Assembly (NCBI GenBank): GCA_963663965.2
Contig: CAXXFK010000007.1
Span: 128,001 to 192,000 of the forward strand
DNA from: Sedimentisphaerales bacterium
GTDB taxonomy: Bacteria; Planctomycetota; Phycisphaerae; Sedimentisphaerales; SM23-30
DNA: 64,000 nt
Direction of reading: 5' to 3'
This document shows, piece after piece, positions 57,290 to 64,000 of the stretch. Positions within the stretch are counted from its first letter, which is position 1. Each line of letters opens with the position of its first letter. Below the pieces are notes generated by a model, which saw only the letters and a list, made by a program, of their open reading frames with translations, did no database searches and was not told the origin of the DNA. The position numbers were made by a program, and so were the translations under genes.

Positions 57290-57408
57290 TTATTTGACGG
57301 TTATTTGATGGGATGGGGTAAAAATAGAAGAGTTTTAAACCAGCTAAAATCACAACTGTATATATTAAAAGACGTTATGGCTTCAAATCTTATTTGATAG
57401 TTATTTGA
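57290..57408 (+). repeat. Two pairs of TTATTTGA direct repeats exactly 100 bp apart
   Basis: TTATTTGA at 57290, 57301, 57390 and 57401. Confidence 0.85.
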
Positions 57409-57570
57409 TTATGTCGCAGTAAATTAAATAAAAGTGTTTTGAGGCTCAAATTCGGAAGGCAATTAGCTAGAAGGGGTGATTGGGGGTGGAATTATCACGC
57501 TGGGACATCGTGCGGTGGTGATTATGGTGGGCATGGGACTTATGAAAGGGAATATTGGTGAAGATAGTTA

Positions 57571-59398
57571 GAGCCTGTCCGTAGCTTTAACCCTATAGAT
57601 TTCAAAAGATTATGTAAAAGAGTCGGAGTTATAGCGTGCTATTTTGGGTCAAAACCGTAAAATAGGTGTGTTATAAAATGTTTTGCGAATCATTTTTCCT
57701 TTAAAAAGGGAACACACCTATGCCAGAGATTTTACCCGTTCAGCAGTTGTTTGACAAAGGTATTCCGGAAGAATTTGGCTGTCTGGAGTATCGCCAGGAA
57801 CGCCAGCAGTTGCTGGCCATGGACCAGCTCATCCGCCACAGCGATCTGGAGCAGTTGTTTCTCCAGTATTTTCTCGACAAAGCTTACGCTGAAATGGCCA
57901 TCGAGCACTTTGGCACTGACACGCCGGTTAAATTAACCCATACGGATCGCATGAATATTCGTGCCCAGGCCGTTTGGGCGTTACGGATGTCGATCCTGCG
58001 TAAGCGGCTGGGTTTGTCGTTGCGTAAATTTGCCGTGGCCTTGTCTCATAGCGAACTGTATCAGTGGTTTTGCGGCATTAACCGCTTTGATCTGCCTCGG
58101 ATCCCCGGCAAAACCAGAATCAACGAGTTGGAAAACGCGCTTTCGCCTCAGTTAATCGCTCAGGCGGAAGAACTGTTTTTTCAAGTGGCCCAGGGTTCGG
58201 TTGTTTTGGAGGCCCCCCTGGATTTCAGTCAGGCTTATTTTGACTGTACCTGCATTGGCGCCCACATTCATTATCCGATCGACTGGCTGCTGTTTAGAGA
58301 TGCGACCCGTACCTTGATGAAGGCGACGGCCCGTATTCGTAAAGCCGGGATCCTGTGTCGCATGCCTTGCGAGCCGGCTAAGTTTATTTCAAACATGAAT
58401 AAGCTCTGCATGGAGATGACCTATGTTAACCGCAAAAAGGGCGCGAAAAAACTGCGTAAAGCGGTTTTGCGAAAGATGAAAAAACTGATCCGGCGGGTCT
58501 TGAATCATGCGGAAAATCATCTGAAAAACCTGGAAAACCACTGGAAAAAGGCCGATATCGCTCTCGGTTCCGTCCGGCAAATCGTCAAACAGATTACCGG
58601 CGTGACCTGTCAGTTGGCCGCCGTGGTCAGGCAGGCTCACGAACGCATGATCGGCGAACGCAAGGTTGCCAATCCAGACAAGATCTTGAGCCTTTACGAG
58701 CCGGATATCCATGTGATCGTGCGCCGCAAGGCCGGCGCGGAGACGGAATTTGGCAACCAACTTTATCTGGCCGAACAATCCAATGGCTTAATCATGGACT
58801 GGAAGTTATTTCGTCAGCAAGGTCCCAGCGATGAAAAAATGCTTAAAGCCAGCCACCGGCGTATGGAAGAGAAGCTTGGTAATCAAGTCAAGCTGTTGGC
58901 CGGCGATCGGGGCTTCGACAGCGCCGGGAATCGCCAATACATGGAAAGTCACGATATTTTTAATGCGGTTTGTCCGCTCAGCCCGGCCTTGCTGAAGGAA
59001 AGGCTTCAGGAAGAGCCGTTCCGGCAGGCTCAGACTCGCCGCAGTCAGACCGAAGCCCGAATCAGCATCCTGAGCCATGGTTTTTGCGGGGCGCCCATGA
59101 AACAAAAAGGCTTTGATCACCGCCAAGTCCATATGGGCCTGAGCATTTTATCGCACAACCTCTGGGTATTGGCCAGAATTAAGCTGGCTCAAGAGGAAGA
59201 ACGGGAAAAAGAACGACAAAAAGTGGCTTAAAACCACCCCGGCTTGCCCTGTTTATGGGGCTACTATGCGCAGAAATCGGAAAATCACCCGCTGAACGAA
59301 AATAACCTGGACACCAGCCGTCATCTACTGATGATACGATTCAAAATCAGTCCTCCCAAAACCGCGGCTCACAAAATCCAAGAATTGCGGACAGGCTC
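57571..59398 (+). mobile_element. Complete insertion sequence (IS5-like DDE), 1828 bp
   Basis: Terminal IRs GAGCCTGTCCG (57571-57581) and CGGACAGGCTC (59388-59398); TAGTTA direct repeats at 57565-57570 and 59399-59404. Confidence 0.9.
57720..59231 (+). CDS. DDE transposase (IS5-like)
   Basis: FDCTCIGAHIHYPID, KILSLYEP...KAGAETEFG, AGDRGF and RSQTEARISIL motifs. Confidence 0.88.
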   Translation: MPEILPVQQLFDKGIPEEFGCLEYRQERQQLLAMDQLIRHSDLEQLFLQYFLDKAYAEMAIEHFGTDTPVKLTHTDRMNIRAQAVWALRMSILRKRLGLSLRKFAVALSHSELYQWFCGINRFDLPRIPGKTRINELENALSPQLIAQAEELFFQVAQGSVVLEAPLDFSQAYFDCTCIGAHIHYPIDWLLFRDATRTLMKATARIRKAGILCRMPCEPAKFISNMNKLCMEMTYVNRKKGAKKLRKAVLRKMKKLIRRVLNHAENHLKNLENHWKKADIALGSVRQIVKQITGVTCQLAAVVRQAHERMIGERKVANPDKILSLYEPDIHVIVRRKAGAETEFGNQLYLAEQSNGLIMDWKLFRQQGPSDEKMLKASHRRMEEKLGNQVKLLAGDRGFDSAGNRQYMESHDIFNAVCPLSPALLKERLQEEPFRQAQTRRSQTEARISILSHGFCGAPMKQKGFDHRQVHMGLSILSHNLWVLARIKLAQEEEREKERQKVA

Positions 59399-59634
59399 TA
59401 GTTACTTGTTTATCGGCGGTTGTTGGGCTGGGCCGGCTGCGGGTATGGTTTGTAATCTATTGTAATAAATATAGTTATATGTTGTTTGGGCCGGTTATGG
59501 TGTGATTTGGGGGCAATGGGCGGGCAAGGGTGTTGGTGGATTAAAAGGGGGGGATTTTTGGAATTAACGAAAAATGGTTAACAAATGGGGGGTTGATTCG
59601 TCATAATAGATAGAAAGCCGTATAATAGGATATT

Positions 59635-60201
59635 ATGATTGCGAAATCGATAGCTCAGCAGCTCATTTTTGACCTGACCGGCGATGTGGAGTCGTCGTGC
59701 AGCCAGGGGTGGGTCTTGGTAGCGATGCATCAGCATGGCCGGGCATTGATCGATATGTTGTGGCGGATTCTGGGTAACGAAGAGGATGTCTGTGACGCGT
59801 ATCAGGATACGTTTTTCCGGCTGGCCCATGTGAAAGAGGGTCAGAAGCCGGATCATATCAAGGCGTATCTGTTTCGTACGGCCAGTAATACGGCGATATC
59901 GATTATCCGGCAGAAGAACCAGTTTAACAAGGCGCGTGAACGGATCGCGGACCGTGAACGGGGCCGAACGGTGATGGATGGAAGCGGGGAACTGGAACTT
60001 GAGGAGATCCGGGAGCGGTTGCGCGAACGGATCGCGCAATTGCCCGATCATTTGCGCGAGGTGGTTGTGTTGCGGGATCTGGCGGAGATTCCGTATCGTC
60101 AGATCAGCCGGATTTTAGGGATATCCCAGGGAACCGCGCGGGTGTACCGGCGCCGTGCGATCGTACAGCTTGGTACGATGATGGCGGATTACCGGACCTA
60201 G
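59635..60201 (+). CDS. ECF RNA polymerase sigma factor
   Basis: DAYQDTF, AYLFRTASN (region 2); LPDHLREVVVLR...YRQISRILG (region 4). Confidence 0.9.
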   Translation: MIAKSIAQQLIFDLTGDVESSCSQGWVLVAMHQHGRALIDMLWRILGNEEDVCDAYQDTFFRLAHVKEGQKPDHIKAYLFRTASNTAISIIRQKNQFNKARERIADRERGRTVMDGSGELELEEIRERLRERIAQLPDHLREVVVLRDLAEIPYRQISRILGISQGTARVYRRRAIVQLGTMMADYRT

Positions 60202-60242
60202 CCAACGGGAGAGTTAAGAGCGACCAGAACAGGATAAAAGAC

Positions 60243-60749
60243 ATGTTTAACGCAAAAATGAAACAGACCGATTACTGCAAGCAGATCCGAGACGGCCTGG
60301 CCGACAGCGCCGGATTTTCGACAAGCACCCCGAATGGCTGGCTGGCCGGCCATGTGGCCCGGTGTGCCCGATGTCAGGGGAGGCTTCAGGGCTTCAACCG
60401 GGTCTCGCTGGGATTATCCTTATTGAAGAATCAGCGCCATTCGGTTGATTTGCTGGCGCGCGCCAATAAGAAAACCCTGCGTTATCTGAAGAACAATGTG
60501 CGCGAGACGGCCAGCGCGATCGATTTGAGCCAGGCTATGCCGGAGCCCGGTCTGGTGGGGAAATTCCATCGCTATGGCAATGCCGTATCCAACGCGGCGG
60601 CCTGTCTGTTTATGGCGTTGCTGCTGAAAACGGGGATTTATCATTCCATTACCCAAACCCAGCGTGATGGGGATGAGACGATTAAAGGGCTTTATGCCAA
60701 GAATCTGGATGCCAACAGTCAGACGTTCAAGGATATTTTTAATTGTTGA
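60243..60749 (+). CDS. Putative zinc-binding (ZAS-like) anti-sigma factor
   Basis: HVARCARC (HxxxCxxC) plus one TM; directly after the ECF sigma gene. Confidence 0.6.
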   Translation: MFNAKMKQTDYCKQIRDGLADSAGFSTSTPNGWLAGHVARCARCQGRLQGFNRVSLGLSLLKNQRHSVDLLARANKKTLRYLKNNVRETASAIDLSQAMPEPGLVGKFHRYGNAVSNAAACLFMALLLKTGIYHSITQTQRDGDETIKGLYAKNLDANSQTFKDIFNC

Positions 60750-61000
60750 TTGAATAAGCGGTGAACTGAGGATAGAGAATGCAGGGCAGGGCGTGGGTGG
60801 TTTGCCGGTTGGATTGGGATTTTTCTCTGCTATGATCCTAAGGCGGCCATTGTTTCACCGAATTTGATACAAGAAAAAGAAGGCTTGAAAAAAATTATTG
60901 AGGATCGGGTTAACAGCGGTAATCTCATTTCGTCTTAGTTTATAGAAACGCGTCCTTGACAGGATCGCAGGAAATTTAAAGTTTACGGCAAGAGCTAAGT

Positions 61001-62161
61001 ATGTTGTTTAATAAATCCAATCCTTCTTCGGCCATTGTGGATATGACTCCGATCATCGGAGCGATTCTTGACCGGGCGATCGAAACCGGGGCCAGCGATA
61101 TCCACTTTGAGCCGACGCGCGGCGATATGCAGGTTAAATTCCGGCTGGATGGCTATTTAAATACGGTGGATACCATTGCGAAATCCTTATCGGAAAATAT
61201 TGTCAGTCGTCTCAAGGTGATGGCCAATCTATTAACGTACCGGCATGACATTCCCCAGGAAGGGCGGTTGGAGGCCGGTCAGGTCGCGCGGGACGATCTG
61301 GTCGAGGTGCGGCTCAGTGTGTTTCCAACCGTGCACGGTCAGCGGGCGGTATTACGATTGTTTTTTGCCGATGACCGGTACGAGCAACTGGGGCAACTGG
61401 GATTGCCGGCGCTGATTGTTGACCAGCTGGAAGCGATCGTTCAGCGGGCCCAGGGCGTGCTGCTGGTGACGGGTCCGGCCGGCAGCGGCAAGAGTACGAC
61501 GCTGGCGGCGTTGTTGCGGCTGATTGTCAACGGACCGGGCGGCAAGAGTGTGATCGCGCTGGAAGATCCGGTAGAGAGGCATATTGACGGGGTGACCCAG
61601 ATTCAGATCAACACGCGGGGGGAGTTGAATTATCCCACGGCGCTGCGTTCGTTGCTGCGTCAGGACCCGCAGGTGTTGATGGTGGGCGAAATTCGTGACG
61701 CGGAGACGGCGCGGATTGTGGTTGAGGCGGGGTTGACCGGTCATCTGTTGTTGTCGACGATGCATAGCGGGACGCCGGCCCGGGCGTTGCTGCGACTGCT
61801 GGAAATGGGCATTGAGCCCTATCAGCTGACTTCCAGTATCGGCGCGGTGCTGAATCAGCGGCTGGTCCGCAAACTTTGTCCGCATTGTAAACAGAGTGAC
61901 GATCCGGGCGGGGAATGGAAGGCCGCGGGCTGCGACCAATGTTTGAATACGGGTTATCGCGGTCGCCATCCGCTGGCCGAACTGGTTGAAATAGATGGTG
62001 AATTACGGCAGGCGATTCTGAGCCGGGCTGATGTGGATCAGTTTGAAACCCTCCTGGAACAGCGCGGACATATGAATTTGAAGCAAAACGCTCGGGCCCT
62101 GATGAGTCAGGGCATCACAACCAAGGCGGAAATTGAAGCGTTGCTCCAGGAGAGTCAATAA
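61001..62161 (+). CDS. GspE/PulE/PilB-family secretion ATPase (short form)
   Basis: ASDIHFEP, TGPAGSGKSTT, LEDPVE, LRQDPQVLMVGEIRD, TGHLLLSTMH and CPHC/CDQC motifs. Confidence 0.92.
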   Translation: MLFNKSNPSSAIVDMTPIIGAILDRAIETGASDIHFEPTRGDMQVKFRLDGYLNTVDTIAKSLSENIVSRLKVMANLLTYRHDIPQEGRLEAGQVARDDLVEVRLSVFPTVHGQRAVLRLFFADDRYEQLGQLGLPALIVDQLEAIVQRAQGVLLVTGPAGSGKSTTLAALLRLIVNGPGGKSVIALEDPVERHIDGVTQIQINTRGELNYPTALRSLLRQDPQVLMVGEIRDAETARIVVEAGLTGHLLLSTMHSGTPARALLRLLEMGIEPYQLTSSIGAVLNQRLVRKLCPHCKQSDDPGGEWKAAGCDQCLNTGYRGRHPLAELVEIDGELRQAILSRADVDQFETLLEQRGHMNLKQNARALMSQGITTKAEIEALLQESQ

Positions 62162-62254
62162 CCCCCCAGGAGTCATTAGCACTACTGTTTATATCAAGGC
62201 GTTTATGACGCCGGCGATCAGAAATGACTGGCATTTTAATGCAGGAGTACGGAT

Positions 62255-63448
62255 ATGGCCTTTTTCAAATATGAAGCACTGACCGAGAACGGACGCGTCA
62301 TGGAAGGGACGCTGGAGGCGGGCGATTTTGATCTGGCGCGCGCCGCCCTGGAAGCCATGAAGCTGTCGGTGAATAATCTGGAGAAAACCGACCGACAACC
62401 TCGGCCAACCGCGATCGGACGGGACGATTTTATCCTGTTCAATCAGCAGCTGGCGACAATCACCCAATCGGGCATCCCGTTGGAGAAGGCCTTGCGCGCA
62501 GTCGCCGCGGAGGCGGCCTCCGGTCAGGTCCGGCAATTGACCCGTGAGATCGCCGGCGATCTGGAAAAGGGTATTCCGGTGGAACAGGCGTTTGCCCGGC
62601 ACGAGAAAGCATTTCCGGTGATGTATGGCCGAATACTGAAAGCCGGTATCCAGTCCGGGCGATTGAGTGAAATGCTGGTGAGTTTGAATCATCATCTGAA
62701 AGTCGCCGGCCGCACCCGCTCGATTTTACTGGATACCCTGACTTATCCGGCGATCGTGCTTGTTGTTATCGCGGCGGTGACCATTCTGGTGAGTACCCTG
62801 GTGCTTCGGGTGACGACCGATATGTTCAGTGAGGATTTCGGAACGGATTTGCCTCAAGCCACCCAGGCCTTAATTTATATCGCGCAGCACATTATTCCGA
62901 TCTGGATTGGTGTTGCCGGATTGATGGTTCTAGCAACTATTTTTACGATAATATTGAAGCAAACGACTTCAGGCCGGTCATTTCTGGAGCGATTTTTGTC
63001 GGGCATCCCATTGGTTGGCCCGATCTTCCGATTTGGCAAGTTGAGTCATTTTTCCGATTGTATGGCCCTGTTGATCCGGGGCGGCTGCGACGGTCCTGAG
63101 GCATTAATCACCTCGGCGCGGGCGGTGAATTGTGAATCGCTCATTCAGGAGTCCGATCTGGTGGCCCGCCAGATTCAGCAGGGCGCCGGGTATATGGAAG
63201 CGGGTCAGATCTGCGCGTTCATTCCGAGATTGTTTTTTTATTCGCTGCAGATTGGGGCACAACGTAACGAGATTGAAACGAATTTATCTCATCTCAGTCA
63301 GATGTACCAGGACCGTTTGAGCGCACTGCAGAAACAGTTGTCGGCGTTTCTGGTTCCGGCGTTACTGGTCCTGCTGGGTTTTATTGTCGGGGGTACGTTG
63401 ATCATGCTGTTTGCTCCCATGATCAGCATGCTTGAAGGTTTAACATAA
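62255..63448 (+). CDS. GspF/PilC-family inner-membrane platform protein
   Basis: FKYEALTENG..GTLEA, QLATITQSGIPL, AGIQSGRL, TYPAIV; three TMs. Confidence 0.9.
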   Translation: MAFFKYEALTENGRVMEGTLEAGDFDLARAALEAMKLSVNNLEKTDRQPRPTAIGRDDFILFNQQLATITQSGIPLEKALRAVAAEAASGQVRQLTREIAGDLEKGIPVEQAFARHEKAFPVMYGRILKAGIQSGRLSEMLVSLNHHLKVAGRTRSILLDTLTYPAIVLVVIAAVTILVSTLVLRVTTDMFSEDFGTDLPQATQALIYIAQHIIPIWIGVAGLMVLATIFTIILKQTTSGRSFLERFLSGIPLVGPIFRFGKLSHFSDCMALLIRGGCDGPEALITSARAVNCESLIQESDLVARQIQQGAGYMEAGQICAFIPRLFFYSLQIGAQRNEIETNLSHLSQMYQDRLSALQKQLSAFLVPALLVLLGFIVGGTLIMLFAPMISMLEGLT

Positions 63449-63468
63449 GCGAAAGGAAGGCACCTGTT

Positions 63469-64000
63469 ATGATCTGGTTATCACATATTGCCATCTTTGG
63501 CATTCTCTTCTGGCTGGTATTTCGTAACCGGCCGGTCTGGGCCTTTCTGGGCAATCTGGTTCAACTGGCCATGATTTTCAAGGCCCTGTGTTTTGTGCCG
63601 GGCTACGAGTATCATGAGGAAGCGGCAGTTTTATCGGTTGCCGTAACAATCGTGATATTTTTTGTAATTAATTTATTACTGGCGGTGCTGCCGCCGGCGC
63701 CCGGCAAGTCGCGCTGGCCGGGGCAGCTGGCCAGAGTATTGCTTATTCTGAGTTTCTGGGGTTCGCTGATTCTTCTGTTTATCCTGACCTTAAAATTGTT
63801 TATTCTCTGGATTCTCGGGCTTATTATCTTTGCGAGTATGGAACGGGAGTATCGCAAACAGTGCCGCTATCAGCTTATTCTGGAAATTATGGGTATGATT
63901 CGAGGCGCGATCCGGCAGCAGTTGCCATTGGCCGAAACCCTGGAATCGGCCATTGACGGCACGAATCGTCATCGCGACCGGATACTGGGGAATATCGGGC
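63469..64000 (+). CDS. Multi-TM protein running off the window end, possibly entering a T2SSF-like domain
   Basis: ATG at 63469 after AAGGAAGG; frame open to the end; MIWLSHIAIFG...GAIRQQLPLAETLE. Confidence 0.55.
   Translation, partial: MIWLSHIAIFGILFWLVFRNRPVWAFLGNLVQLAMIFKALCFVPGYEYHEEAAVLSVAVTIVIFFVINLLLAVLPPAPGKSRWPGQLARVLLILSFWGSLILLFILTLKLFILWILGLIIFASMEREYRKQCRYQLILEIMGMIRGAIRQQLPLAETLESAIDGTNRHRDRILGNIG

Overview
This is a bacterial chromosomal window. Gene style (dockerin-like tails, many polysaccharide enzymes, lysS-lolCDE-ilvE order) suggests a planctomycete, probably Phycisphaerae; that is inference. Housekeeping genes: lon, lysS, lolC/E/D-like, ilvE, a polyprenyl synthase, yhaM, recQ, smpB. 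Carbohydrate-active genes: GH97, PL10, GH50, DUF5060/GH5-like, heparinase II/III-like, GH106. Also present: an orphan cheD-cheX pair, a 9-heme cytochrome with a dockerin-like tail, a giant TPR/C39-peptidase protein, an hsdS remnant coupled to a Schlafen/AlbA_2 gene, a complete IS5-like element (57571-59398, 6-bp target duplication), an ECF sigma/anti-sigma pair and gspE/gspF-like genes. Two things stand out. (1) At 42463-47016, a ubiquitin-like protein ending in -LVGG, a mosaic DUF4132-like protein, and a second ubiquitin-like paralog lacking the GG, with no E1/E2 enzyme in the window. (2) A non-coding element present three times (about 15305-15501, 32589-33022, 55014-55453) with fixed motif order and spacing: a TGGGCnGCCCA palindrome, AAACRAASCCA boxes, and an IHF-like 25-bp site exactly 18 nt after the second box. 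Two of the copies sit behind a near-consensus sigma70 promoter and a boxA-like motif. No CRISPR array, tRNA or rRNA was seen. All family calls are by motif recognition, with no database search.
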